Source: Promethearchaeota archaeon
GTDB taxonomy: Archaea > Asgardarchaeota > Lokiarchaeia > Sigyniarchaeales > SOKP01
Direction of reading: 5' to 3'
DNA: 64,000 nt
NCBI GenBank assembly: GCA_030599585.1
Contig: JAUVNS010000005.1
Location: forward strand, 160,001-224,000
The translations under genes were made by a program, and so were the position numbers. Below are positions 9,724 to 20,154 of this stretch, one piece after another; the first letter of the stretch is position 1; each line of letters begins with the position of its first letter. The notes beneath the pieces are model-generated. The model was not told where the DNA came from, did no database searches, and worked only from the letters and a program-made list of their open reading frames with translations.

Positions 9724-10905
9724 TTAAACTAATTTGCCATTTTCCATTATTTGTTTTTTTGTTCCATCTTTGTATTCAACGGTAATGTTAGCCTGTGGAG
9801 CAGTAACAAAATCCCAATGCAGTTGAGAAACTGATGTGCCTCCCATCATTTTATTTGAACCAAACGCTAAATGTACGCTTCCATTAATCTTCTCATCTGT
9901 TAGAATATAACCAATTGCTTTTGTAATTTCTGGGTTACATCCAATCCCTAGCTCTGCTACATTATAAGTTCTTAACTCTGGTAGGTTCTTCTCCCGGTCA
10001 ATTTTTTCGCTATCTTTAAAGGTATTAATTAAAGCACTTTGATTCTCTTCAGATGAGACTTCATCGATTAACAACTGTCCCTCCTTAAATCTTAAATGAG
10101 TGTTTTTAATGATCTTATTAGTCATCCTGTCTCTAGTGAGGGGACAAAAAAGAGTGCCTTCGCCAATTTTCTCGTGGGGGGGAAAAAATACTTCTCCTGC
10201 AGGTAAATTTCCCCCTAGTAATCCTAACGCAATTTGATCATCGGAAAGCAAACCGTTATCTAAAATCATGGGGCGATCTTGAATTGTTACCGTAAAATCC
10301 GTCCCAAGATCATCTGAAACATAAACTCTTTTTGCATTTTCAAAGAATTTTCCCAAGTTTTTTGTAATTTCGTCCATTTTGTTTTGAGGGACGCTCATTC
10401 CACCCACTATGAATTTTTCTAATAAATCATATTCAATATTATAATAGTTTGCAGCTTTCCTTGAGGGCCATCCTGCATAGCACCACTTTTTCCCTGGAGC
10501 GTATTCTGCCTTACCTCCATACAATATATCCTTTATTGGTGCGTTAAATTTGATTTTTGCTTTGAGTTTTTCTCTAGGTGCGTTTCCTAAAATACCAGGA
10601 TCTTCATAGGGCTCAATTACAATGTACGCGTCGATATTCTCGATTAATTTTAAATAATGAAGTGGCGTGATCTCTAAAATTTCACTACTAATGCTTGTAT
10701 CTTGGTATATCGTATTTGTATAATTATCGCTGCTTGATATAATAACGGGAATTCCATTGTTTCTGTAGATGTTCAGGGCAATTTCTTCCAGTAAATCTTG
10801 AGAATAAGTACCACCCTTTACTAGAATGTTTTCCCCTTTTCTTTGAATATTAATCGCATTAACAATATTTTTAGCACATAACTTAATTTTTTCTAATTCT
10901 ACCAT
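9724..10905 (-). CDS. M29 family aminopeptidase (AmpS/AmpT-like)
   Basis: NLPAGEVF, AELGIG, DEKI.GSVHLAFG and S.LHWD motifs. Confidence 0.9.
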   Translation of the reverse strand: MVELEKIKLCAKNIVNAINIQRKGENILVKGGTYSQDLLEEIALNIYRNNGIPVIISSSDNYTNTIYQDTSISSEILEITPLHYLKLIENIDAYIVIEPYEDPGILGNAPREKLKAKIKFNAPIKDILYGGKAEYAPGKKWCYAGWPSRKAANYYNIEYDLLEKFIVGGMSVPQNKMDEITKNLGKFFENAKRVYVSDDLGTDFTVTIQDRPMILDNGLLSDDQIALGLLGGNLPAGEVFFPPHEKIGEGTLFCPLTRDRMTNKIIKNTHLRFKEGQLLIDEVSSEENQSALINTFKDSEKIDREKNLPELRTYNVAELGIGCNPEITKAIGYILTDEKINGSVHLAFGSNKMMGGTSVSQLHWDFVTAPQANITVEYKDGTKKQIMENGKLV

Positions 10906-11057
10906 AATTCAATATATTTTTTTTTAAATATTAATCTTAAACATCTTTGGCAGCATTAGATTTATTACAAAGAATTGTTTTAACTAAAATATCGATAGGA
11001 TGAATTCTTAATAAGACCAAAGTATATTATAACTTAAACAAAAAATAACTTAGAATT

Positions 11058-11522
11058 ATGGTAATTCGAGAAGTAGGTTTGTTATTTAGGGGATTTACTT
11101 TAGTAAAGAAGAGTTACCACAAAACTACCTTAGGAAAAATAGATTCTGATTTAAGAAGCGGTTTGCTCACCGCACTTTTAAATTTTGCTGAAACTGCATT
11201 TTCTACGGGGTCTGTAGAGTACTTTCAAGGTAATAGATTAACGATCGCTTTCATAAACGCAAACATCTTAGCAGATGACAGCGTAGAACCTGAATTATTA
11301 ATCTCTTATGCTATTATAGATAAACATAAAAGGATTGATAAATACGTGAAGAAATTAGTCAACCCCCTATTAATTAAGGTTGCGGAGAATTTTAAAGCAC
11401 AGTACGAAGGTAAAAATTTATCTGAAGTATCTCAGTTCAAAATCTATAAAAAAACCCTAGACATTATTTTCGGATCTAATACAAAAAAAGTTGATCAAAA
11501 GCTAGCCGGCTTGTTTTATTAG
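11058..11522 (+). CDS. Stand-alone longin-like domain protein
   Basis: DSDLRSGLLTALLNFAE helix typical of Asgard longin-like domains; F...Y terminal helix. Confidence 0.6.
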   Translation: MVIREVGLLFRGFTLVKKSYHKTTLGKIDSDLRSGLLTALLNFAETAFSTGSVEYFQGNRLTIAFINANILADDSVEPELLISYAIIDKHKRIDKYVKKLVNPLLIKVAENFKAQYEGKNLSEVSQFKIYKKTLDIIFGSNTKKVDQKLAGLFY

Positions 11523-11557
11523 ATGTAATCCGATTTATTTGAAATAAAGAATGAATT

Positions 11558-12511
11558 TTACAACAAACTTTTCTTTAAAAACCATAACATTATAGGTAGA
11601 GCGATAGTCGCGTCTGAAATAACTGTGGAGAATTTAGCGTTTTGATGTACTTTTCCCCAAGAAATTGCTTCGTGTAAAGTCGCTCCACTAAGACCACCCT
11701 GTTCTGGACGGTCCATCGTTATCTGAATCGCGTATTGCGCAGAGTTTGGGCAGAATTGAAGCGATTGCAGAATAAAATTTTTAGGTACGCCTCCACCAAC
11801 AATGCATACGCCGGCTTGTTTAGCATCCCAAGCCAAATTGACCATATTAAGCATGTCTTTAAAGTGATTAAGGTTTAATTTTTGATGGTGGAAACCTAAT
11901 TGAAGTGCTAAACCGGAGTCAGTAAATGCAGGACAAAAAATTGGAACATTTTTTTCTGCACAAATCTTCAATATAGAGTTATCATCTGGCGGTAAATTAT
12001 CGCCAAGATACTTTAGAAAAGAACTAACAGACATATCATTATTAGGAATTTTTAGCTGGGATACAAAATCTTCGATACCCTCGTACACTTTATTTGGTAA
12101 ATATACGTCGTAAATTCTATTAAGGGCTTGGTCGTGCAACTCCGAATCATTAACATCTTTAATGTTTATTTCTCCTTGTAAATGGTGAAAACCAAGAGTT
12201 TCGGCTATATCATGAGTCAAAGAAGCACCAGTAGTAACAAGAATATCAATAAATCCTTCTTCTATAAAATCGTGAATAACTTTCTGCATCCCTGCTGGTA
12301 CAAGCGCTCCGGCAAGACCAAAAAATTTAACACAATTTTCATTTTTAATCATTTCCTTATAAATTTCACACGCAACAGCTAATCTTTTTGCGTTAAACCC
12401 TGTATTTCCTAAAGATTGAATAAAAGTAGTGATATCTTCATTTTTTTCTACTTTAATTTGCTCTACCTCTTTTAATTTCTTTTTCAATTCGTCATCTGGC
12501 ATTTTTTTCAA
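11558..12511 (-). CDS. dys: Deoxyhypusine synthase
   Basis: TGA.LTHD, NRIYDV, PAFTDS, GGGVPKN, GGLSGA..EAISWGK motifs. Confidence 0.96.
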   Translation of the reverse strand: MKKMPDDELKKKLKEVEQIKVEKNEDITTFIQSLGNTGFNAKRLAVACEIYKEMIKNENCVKFFGLAGALVPAGMQKVIHDFIEEGFIDILVTTGASLTHDIAETLGFHHLQGEINIKDVNDSELHDQALNRIYDVYLPNKVYEGIEDFVSQLKIPNNDMSVSSFLKYLGDNLPPDDNSILKICAEKNVPIFCPAFTDSGLALQLGFHHQKLNLNHFKDMLNMVNLAWDAKQAGVCIVGGGVPKNFILQSLQFCPNSAQYAIQITMDRPEQGGLSGATLHEAISWGKVHQNAKFSTVISDATIALPIMLWFLKKSLL

Positions 12512-12512
12512 C

Positions 12513-13415
12513 TCATTTGTTGCTTATAATAAAATACATTAATTCTATTATTATTTTTGCCACCACATTTAATGTTATATTGTTGTGTAAATCTAAGGAA
12601 GGTGAAACTTCAACAACATCAAAACCAATTATATTAACTTTTTTAGTGACTTCTCTGAAGATTTTCCATACTTCACGATAAGTAAAACCTCCGGGAATAG
12701 CATAACCTGTTCCCGGTGCTATAGATGGATCTAGAGCATCTATATCAATAGAAATGTATATGTCAGTTATATCAGATTTTTCAAAAAATTCAATAATTTT
12801 TTCTGTGAATAAATTAACTCCAATATCGTGAAGCATATAAGAGTTGAAATAAGTAATGTCATTAGTTTTTGCGATTTTTAACTCAGGAATATCAATATCC
12901 CTTGTCCCAATAATTAATAAGTTTTTACTTGAAATAAATTCCAAACTATGGATGAGATGGGAAACAGTTGCATGAGAATAGACGCTCTCTTGATATTTTT
13001 CGTACAAATCGAGATGAGCATCTAAGATTAGAACGCCAAACTTCTTTGGTTTTCTAATAGAGTCTCCTATTGCCTTTATAACGGGATAAGTGCAAAAGTG
13101 GTCGCCTCCAACCATTACTGGAATTATATCCTTTTTTTGGTTAAAAAACGATTTTACAAAATCACCAATTTCTAGGATGTTCTTTTCGGTGTTATTGGGA
13201 TCAATCATAACATTTCCAGCGTCTACAAACTTTAATTTTGGTATTTCAAATCCCATTTCTGTTGTTAAAGCTAAGTTTTCTGTAATTTTTCGTATTTTCT
13301 GAGGTGATTTGGAAGAATTTATTCTTTCAATTGACGTTAACTCGTCCCAAGGAATTCCAAAAAATACAAAGTTCGTATCATTTTCAATTATCTCCCCAGA
13401 ATCAAAAAAATTCAC
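12513..13415 (-). CDS. speB: Agmatinase (ureohydrolase family)
   Basis: GGDH, DAHLD, SIDIDALDPSIAPGTG, DVVEVSP motifs. Confidence 0.9.
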   Translation of the reverse strand: MNFFDSGEIIENDTNFVFFGIPWDELTSIERINSSKSPQKIRKITENLALTTEMGFEIPKLKFVDAGNVMIDPNNTEKNILEIGDFVKSFFNQKKDIIPVMVGGDHFCTYPVIKAIGDSIRKPKKFGVLILDAHLDLYEKYQESVYSHATVSHLIHSLEFISSKNLLIIGTRDIDIPELKIAKTNDITYFNSYMLHDIGVNLFTEKIIEFFEKSDITDIYISIDIDALDPSIAPGTGYAIPGGFTYREVWKIFREVTKKVNIIGFDVVEVSPSLDLHNNITLNVVAKIIIELMYFIISNK

Positions 13416-13439
13416 TGCTCATACCTCTTTATTAGTAAA

Positions 13440-15155
13440 TTACATTTGTTCTAAAACATCTATACCCAAGATTTGTAAACCTATCTTAATTACGATTTGA
13501 ACACATTTAATTAACAATAATCTCGCTTTTTCTAATTCATTATCACTGGATAATACCTGACAAGAAGTATAAAACGAATTGAACGCTTGGCATAAAGTTA
13601 AAAGATACTGAGGGATTTGGTGAATAGTATAATTTTTTCTTACTGAAATCAAAATTTCGGGGAAGTAGTTTAGTTGCTTAACCAAAGTTAGCTCCTTTTC
13701 GTGGTTAATTAAATCCCAATTTACATTTAAATTGACGGTATTCTTCGATTTAATAATTATTGATTCAATTCTCGCATAGCAATATTGAATGTAAGGACCA
13801 GTCTCGCCTTCAAAAGATATGCTTTCTTTAGGGTTAAAAACAAATTCAGATTTAGGATTAAATTTAAGTATAAAAAAAGCTAATGCCGCTGATCCTATTG
13901 CGGCAGCTCTTTCCTTTTTCAACTTTTCTGTAAGATTAGGATATCTTTTATTTACTTCTTTATAAGCTAATGTTTGCATTTTTTCTATAATATTGTCAGC
14001 ATCAACTATAATCCCTTCCCTACTTTTCATTTTGCCTTCGGGTAAATTAACCATACCATATGATAGATGAAATTTATCTTCTTTAAAACCTATCATGTCT
14101 AAAACAGCAAATAACTGCTTGAAGTAGAGGTCCTGTTCGTTAGCAACTACATATATTGATTTGTCATAATCAAAGTCTTCCTTTTTTTGATAAGCTAAGA
14201 AGATATCCTGGGTTACATATAGAGAAGTTCCGTCTTTTCTCATAAGAATCTTATCTGGTAAATTAAATTTTTCTTTTAGATGAGCAATAATCGCTCCGTC
14301 ATCAGTCTTATTAAAAACACCTTGCTTTAAGCCATCCAAAACCTTTTCCTTACCCTTCCAATATATATCCGACTCAAAATATTCTTTATCGAACGATATT
14401 TTTAGTAATTTGTAAGTTTCTTTAAATCCGTCGAATGCCCATAAATTCATTTTCTTCCAAAGATCTCTCGTTTCAGGATCGTTTTCTTCCCATAATCTTA
14501 AAAGATCGTATACTTCTTCTATTATTTTACTATTTTTCTTTTCCATTTCATTGTATTTAACATAGAACTCCCCAACGAAGTGATCGGATTTGATATCCGG
14601 CTCCTTGTTATTGCCCCAGTTTTTGTAAGCATACATAGATTTACATATGTGAATGCCTCTATCGTTGTTTAAATTGACATCGAAAACAATGTCGCCTTTA
14701 TATTTTAAACACTTCGAAAGGGTGCGACCTAACAACATATTTCGAATGTGTCCTAAATGGAGTGGCTTATTTGTATTTGGTGCGGGGTATTCTATCACTA
14801 TTTTTGAAGATTTTATCTGATTTATTCCAATCTCTTCATAAATTCTCCCATATTTCTCTTTCAGTGTGAAAATCTGCTCAAGAAGTGGTTGTGGTTTTAT
14901 TTTAAAATTGAGGTAAGGACCATTTGCCTCTATAACTTCTAAGTATCCTGGTAAATCTAACTGCTCTTCTAATTCTTTGGCTATCACGTGTGGTGATTTT
15001 TTTTTAACTTTAGCAAGTTGAAAACATGGAAATGCATAACTGTAATTTAAATCTTGAGGTGGTATTTCAATAAGATTTTTGATCTCCTGCTGCGAAAGAT
15101 TGGGGAGATAAGCACTTAAATATTCGGCAATTGTATTCTTATCGACTATAATCAT
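13440..15155 (-). CDS. argS: Arginyl-tRNA synthetase
   Basis: PNTNKPLHLGHIRN (HIGH), KMKSR, GETGPYIQY, C-terminal LEQM. Confidence 0.97.
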   Translation of the reverse strand: MIIVDKNTIAEYLSAYLPNLSQQEIKNLIEIPPQDLNYSYAFPCFQLAKVKKKSPHVIAKELEEQLDLPGYLEVIEANGPYLNFKIKPQPLLEQIFTLKEKYGRIYEEIGINQIKSSKIVIEYPAPNTNKPLHLGHIRNMLLGRTLSKCLKYKGDIVFDVNLNNDRGIHICKSMYAYKNWGNNKEPDIKSDHFVGEFYVKYNEMEKKNSKIIEEVYDLLRLWEENDPETRDLWKKMNLWAFDGFKETYKLLKISFDKEYFESDIYWKGKEKVLDGLKQGVFNKTDDGAIIAHLKEKFNLPDKILMRKDGTSLYVTQDIFLAYQKKEDFDYDKSIYVVANEQDLYFKQLFAVLDMIGFKEDKFHLSYGMVNLPEGKMKSREGIIVDADNIIEKMQTLAYKEVNKRYPNLTEKLKKERAAAIGSAALAFFILKFNPKSEFVFNPKESISFEGETGPYIQYCYARIESIIIKSKNTVNLNVNWDLINHEKELTLVKQLNYFPEILISVRKNYTIHQIPQYLLTLCQAFNSFYTSCQVLSSDNELEKARLLLIKCVQIVIKIGLQILGIDVLEQM

Positions 15156-15283
15156 TTTTTTTAGTTTCCAGTATCACAAAATTCTAATTATTGCTGATTG
15201 CAACTTTTATCTGTTTTGTTAAATATATTTAGTTTAACTCATAAAATTTATGATAGTGAGTTATTAAGACGGTTGATTTATTA

Positions 15284-16510
15284 ATGTCATTCAAACAAGA
15301 AGCTAGAAAATTTTATCCTAAATGGCCTATCTACAATGATAAAGAGATAAACGCATTGACTGAAGTTATAAAATCTGGAGAGTGGTGGTGTGGAGCTCCC
15401 GGCGCTCATCAAGGTAATAATGTTTGGGCTTTTCAAGAAGAATTTGCTCAGCTTCAAGGATCTGAATATTGCGTTGCAGTGTGTAATGGAACGGTTGCAA
15501 TAGAAACCGCTCTTATGGCATTAGATATAGGTTTAGGTGATGAAGTAATTGTTTCTGATTACACTTTTGTAGCGTCAGCATCTGCAGTTATAGCAACAAA
15601 CGCCGTTCCCTTATTTTGTGACATAGATCCCAATACTCTCGTGATGGATGTGAATAAAGTTGAAGAACTTATAACTGAAAAAACTAAAGCAATTATTCCA
15701 GTACATTTAGGGGGTAACCCGGTTAATATGGACCATCTTATGGAGTTGGCATTGAAACACGATTTAAAAGTGGTCGAAGATTGTGCTCATGCTCATGGTT
15801 CAGATTTCAAAGGAAAAAAAGTTGGAAATTGGGGGGATGTTGGTACATTTAGCTTTCAAGCTTCAAAAGTTATAACAAGTGGTGAAGGGGGAGCTATTAT
15901 TTGCAATAATGGTGAACTTGCCGATAACATTTATTCTTACATAGATTGTGGTAGGAAGAAAAACGAGTATTTCTATAAACACTTCTCTTACGGTACTAAT
16001 TATAGGATGACAGAATATCAAGCAGCAATATTAAGAACTCAAATGCAAAAATTTTCAGAGCAGCATAAACTTAGAAATCAGAATGCGGAATATCTTATGA
16101 GCGAACTTAATAAAATAGATGGGATAAAAACTATGGAACCTACATTGGGAACGACAAGCCTTGGTTGGTATGTTTTCCCCATAGTTTTTGATCCTCTGAA
16201 GTTCGGGGGTCTCACTAAATCAAAATTTTATGATAAGTTGAATGATAATGGTATCCCTACTGACGATTGTTATCCTCCATTACATGGCTTAGATTGTTTT
16301 AAATATATTAATTTAAAGAAAGGCATTGATTATTCTAAAGCTAATTGGGGAGGAGAAAAAAGTAATGATGCACATTTCCCAATTGTTTCTGATGTTTATT
16401 CAAGAAGTATAGAATTTCCTCAAGAAATGCTATTAGCTTCTAAGGGAAAACTGGATAATGTAATAGAATTTATAAAATCTTTAAAAAATACTACTCTAAG
16501 TCAAGATTAA
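15284..16510 (+). CDS. DegT-family PLP aminotransferase (RifK/StsC-like subgroup)
   Basis: EDCAHAHG, FSFQASK, GEGG, GTNYRMTEYQAA motifs. Confidence 0.9.
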   Translation: MSFKQEARKFYPKWPIYNDKEINALTEVIKSGEWWCGAPGAHQGNNVWAFQEEFAQLQGSEYCVAVCNGTVAIETALMALDIGLGDEVIVSDYTFVASASAVIATNAVPLFCDIDPNTLVMDVNKVEELITEKTKAIIPVHLGGNPVNMDHLMELALKHDLKVVEDCAHAHGSDFKGKKVGNWGDVGTFSFQASKVITSGEGGAIICNNGELADNIYSYIDCGRKKNEYFYKHFSYGTNYRMTEYQAAILRTQMQKFSEQHKLRNQNAEYLMSELNKIDGIKTMEPTLGTTSLGWYVFPIVFDPLKFGGLTKSKFYDKLNDNGIPTDDCYPPLHGLDCFKYINLKKGIDYSKANWGGEKSNDAHFPIVSDVYSRSIEFPQEMLLASKGKLDNVIEFIKSLKNTTLSQD

Positions 16511-17550
16511 ACTACTTCTTCTAGTTTTTTAGTCTTAGCACTTTTGTACATCGTCTCAACGATATTCAATATTTTATAACCATATAAACCATCAGTAAGT
16601 GGTTTCTTGTTTCTTAGAATGCAATCAATAAAGTGAGCGATTTCTTGGGGATAACCAAATGAATGTGCTTCGGAAGGAACGGGAAATGTCCATCCTTTCG
16701 TAGTATCCGCTTTTTCTACAGCATACCCATACCCGCTTTTACTATACACGCTCACTAAATCAGAAAAAGTTGGGGCTACTTTAATTTGACCTTCGGTGCC
16801 AAATAGTTCAAAGCGCATGTCATAACCACCTGGTGCAGTCCAAGATTCTTCGATTACTATTTGGGCATCATTTTCAAAATAAAGAATTCCTACTGCGTTG
16901 TCTTCCACTTCACATGTTCCAAAAATCCCTCGATCATGTTGTATTGTCCTCGTTTGGCAATAGACTTCACTAACTTCACATCCAAGATACCATACTAAAC
17001 AAGCAATATCATGAATTCCTAAGTCTAATAACGCACCACCTCCAGATTCCTCTAGCTTGTAAAACCATCGAGAATGAGGTCCCGAATGTTGTTCTTTACC
17101 GCGCCCCATATATATCATTCCTAAAGCGCCTTCCTTGATAATTTCTTTAACCTTGCTAAATGAAGGGGCGTACATGTTGTTTTCGCAATAAAAAATCTTC
17201 CGGTTTGAAGCTTTTTCTACGTCTAACATTTCTTTTGCTTCACGAATATTTCTAGCTAATGGTTTTTCTACGAATGCATGCTTTCCTGAGTTCAAGATAT
17301 TACAAGTTACTTCTTTATGCAAATTATTTGGAACACATGCAGAAACAGCATCGCATTCCAATTTTAGTAAGTCATTATAATCACTAAAGTAGGTATCTGC
17401 GATATCGTATTTATTCATTAAGCTTTTGGCTTCATCTTTATTATTTGACGCAATTCCCACAATTTCTACATTTGTTAGTAAGGAATATGAATAGCAATGA
17501 TGGTCAGCAATAAAACCCGACCCAATAATGCCTACTTTAATCTTATTCAT
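16507..17550 (-). CDS. Gfo/Idh/MocA family oxidoreductase
   Basis: GIIGSG Rossmann motif, VEKP, GGGALLDLGIH. Confidence 0.93.
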   Translation of the reverse strand: MNKIKVGIIGSGFIADHHCYSYSLLTNVEIVGIASNNKDEAKSLMNKYDIADTYFSDYNDLLKLECDAVSACVPNNLHKEVTCNILNSGKHAFVEKPLARNIREAKEMLDVEKASNRKIFYCENNMYAPSFSKVKEIIKEGALGMIYMGRGKEQHSGPHSRWFYKLEESGGGALLDLGIHDIACLVWYLGCEVSEVYCQTRTIQHDRGIFGTCEVEDNAVGILYFENDAQIVIEESWTAPGGYDMRFELFGTEGQIKVAPTFSDLVSVYSKSGYGYAVEKADTTKGWTFPVPSEAHSFGYPQEIAHFIDCILRNKKPLTDGLYGYKILNIVETMYKSAKTKKLEEVV

Positions 17551-17619
17551 TTTAATCCTCGCTTAATAATTTTGATTAATAATAATTTAGGTTTTCCACT
17601 TAATAATTGTAGTAGGATT

Positions 17620-18729
17620 TTATTTCCAGAATTCAGAAGAAGAACTGAACTTCTTAATTTTGGAGAAAGGACAAGCAGCAATACAATTCCCACAATCACC
17701 CGAGTTTTCGATCCAAAATTCAAAACATTTTTCTACATCGACATAATATTTTTTAACACCTGAATTGTTAGAAATCGTAGCCGGTTCAAAAGTAAGGTCT
17801 TTTTCTTTTGTAATTGCGTCGTTTTCACAAGCCTCAGCGCATTTATAGCAAGTTTTACAAAAGTTCCCAACTTTTTTAATAAAACCTAAGTTCAATTCAT
17901 CAGCTATTAAGGGCATATCCGTAAAAACTTTACAAATTCTAACTCTTGGACCATATTCTGGTGTGAGCAACAATCCATTTCTACCTAACGCTCCTAGACC
18001 TGCGTCAATTGCTAGTGGTATACTAAGTGCAGTATCGTTGCCACATTGGATGGCACGATATCCAAGATTTCTGATAAATTCACCTAAACAAGCGATTGTA
18101 AAAGCCATTTTCGAATAACCTACGGCTGCCGCAGCTGAAGCTGGTTGAGCGGGAGCTGTAGAAATCGCCATTTGGTCCATTTCGATAGCCATAACAATAA
18201 CCTTACTTACCCCTTCTGGCAAATTAATAGGGCTTTCTAATACAGAATTAGACGCTTCACCCTTTCTGATTTTTTCTTTTGAATCTGCTTCGCTGGTTAA
18301 TGCTGGTCTTACAAAACCAGTTTTATAAATCCATCTCTCGTCGACATCGGCAATACCAACTAGTGATGCTCCATAAAACTCAGCAGCTCTTTTAGTCTTT
18401 TCAGTAAATGTTTTTAAATCTCTAACTTGATATTTTTCTTTCAACCAATCTTCACCGTATCCTAAGTCTATTAAATCTTTTCTATGCCAACTAAAAGCAA
18501 ATGGAAATTTTTCGTAAACAGTCCATCCTGCTGCAACTAACGCAAAATCAATCCGGGAATATCCATCTTCACCCGAACTAATATGATTGCCTACATTATA
18601 CTCGAACATTTTCCCATAAGTAGGTAGCGATTTATCCCAAAGTCTTCTATAAAGCATATTATACTTCTGCTCGAAGCGATGGTAAGATTTCTCGTCAATT
18701 TCGTAGGGAAAATCATTTTTGGTTTGCAT
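17620..18729 (-). CDS. Reductive dehalogenase-like cobalamin / two [4Fe-4S] protein
   Basis: FIRNLGYRA, AGLGALGRNG..TPEYGPRVR, CKTCYKCAEAC and CGNCIAACPF; no TAT signal. Confidence 0.85.
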   Translation of the reverse strand: MQTKNDFPYEIDEKSYHRFEQKYNMLYRRLWDKSLPTYGKMFEYNVGNHISSGEDGYSRIDFALVAAGWTVYEKFPFAFSWHRKDLIDLGYGEDWLKEKYQVRDLKTFTEKTKRAAEFYGASLVGIADVDERWIYKTGFVRPALTSEADSKEKIRKGEASNSVLESPINLPEGVSKVIVMAIEMDQMAISTAPAQPASAAAAVGYSKMAFTIACLGEFIRNLGYRAIQCGNDTALSIPLAIDAGLGALGRNGLLLTPEYGPRVRICKVFTDMPLIADELNLGFIKKVGNFCKTCYKCAEACENDAITKEKDLTFEPATISNNSGVKKYYVDVEKCFEFWIENSGDCGNCIAACPFSKIKKFSSSSEFWK

Positions 18730-18864
18730 CTAAACACTTCTTCTCTATTTAATCCTTTTTTTACTTTTTCTTTAAAAGAGTTTAATCTATTAAATATTAT
18801 TTTAAGGCATGAAATATAAAACTTTAAGAAGAAATTTATAAGGAAAAGCATCATCATTTTTTCT

Positions 18865-19158
18865 ATGCCAATATTTATTCTAGCAACTAAATTACAAAAC
18901 CCTGATTTAGTTGAAGATCGTAAAGAACACGGTGAAAAATTCTTAAAATTAGTCAAAGAAAAAGTTCCGAATGTTACATGGATTGCACATTACGCAATAT
19001 TAGGACAATATGATTTTATAGATATTTTCGAAGCTGAGAACGAACACGAAGCAGCGAAAGTTTCTCTACTTTCCCGAACAACCGGAGCTGCCTTTGCAGA
19101 AAGCTGGACCGCTATTAAATACGCCGACTTTCTTAAATTAGTGGAAGATTTAGAGTAA
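18865..19158 (+). CDS. GYD domain protein
   Basis: YAILGQYDFIDIFEA motif. Confidence 0.88.
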   Translation: MPIFILATKLQNPDLVEDRKEHGEKFLKLVKEKVPNVTWIAHYAILGQYDFIDIFEAENEHEAAKVSLLSRTTGAAFAESWTAIKYADFLKLVEDLE

Positions 19159-19176
19159 AAGGGACAGTATTCGCTT

Positions 19177-19563
19177 ATGAAGAGGTTTATAGTGCAAATA
19201 GGATCAGGTGTAGATCAACACGGACATAATGATGATTGCACTAATGCCGCAATAAAGGCGGTTAAAAATGCAATCTCAAATAACTGCCTTACTGGTCTAT
19301 TGGAGATTTGTGGTTTAAAAGAACCAAAAGATCTTCAAAGAATGATCGTAGATGTGAAGATTGGAGCACCTTATCCCGAAAATGTTAAAAGAGACAAAAT
19401 TTTACAAGCAATTCCATTTGGTTCCAAATCAATTGAGATAGAAAAAGGAGGCTTAGTTGCGGCAGGGATAATGATTAAAGAATTAGGGGATTCAACTGAT
19501 AAAATAATTGTCTGTAATGCGGCTGTAACTGTATCTATCCTACAAAAAGAAGAGAAAGTATAG
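19177..19563 (+). CDS. Lin0512 family protein
   Basis: GSGVDQHG..D.T.AA..AV.NAI..N and P.G motifs. Confidence 0.85.
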   Translation: MKRFIVQIGSGVDQHGHNDDCTNAAIKAVKNAISNNCLTGLLEICGLKEPKDLQRMIVDVKIGAPYPENVKRDKILQAIPFGSKSIEIEKGGLVAAGIMIKELGDSTDKIIVCNAAVTVSILQKEEKV

Positions 19564-19580
19564 TATAGGGAGAAACAACA

Positions 19581-20147
19581 ATGGTAAAAAGATGTAAATG
19601 GGCAAACTTCAATGACTTGATGAAGGAATATCACGATAAAGAATGGGGGACACCTCAACGTGATGATAAAATGCTCTACGAGCTATTGATTTTGGAAGGA
19701 ATGCAAGCCGGTTTAAGCTGGAACACAGTGCTGCAAAAACGAGATAATTTTAGAAAAGCTTTTGATAATTTTGATTACACTAAAATTATAAGATACAAAG
19801 AAAATAAAATCGAAGAATTGATGCGAAACGAAGGAATAATTCGAAATCGATTAAAAATTCAATCCGTAATCACAAATGCCAAATCCTTTATTAAAGTTCA
19901 AGAAGAATTTGGTTCATTTAATAAATATATATGGGATTTTGTGAATAATAAATCAGTTAATAATGCTTGGAATAAGTTAGAAGATTTACCTCCAAACACT
20001 GAACTTTCTAATAGAATTAGCAAGGATATGAAAAAAAGAGGATTTAAATTTATTGGAACGACAATTATATACGCTTTTTTACAAGCTATCGGAGTTGTAA
20101 ACGATCATACGATTGATTGCTTTCGATATAATGAATTGATTAATTAG
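19581..20147 (+). CDS. tag: DNA-3-methyladenine glycosylase I
   Basis: RC.W, YHD.EWG, QAGLSW, GIIRNRLKI, NDH..DC motifs. Confidence 0.96.
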   Translation: MVKRCKWANFNDLMKEYHDKEWGTPQRDDKMLYELLILEGMQAGLSWNTVLQKRDNFRKAFDNFDYTKIIRYKENKIEELMRNEGIIRNRLKIQSVITNAKSFIKVQEEFGSFNKYIWDFVNNKSVNNAWNKLEDLPPNTELSNRISKDMKKRGFKFIGTTIIYAFLQAIGVVNDHTIDCFRYNELIN

Positions 20148-20154
20148 TCTTAAT

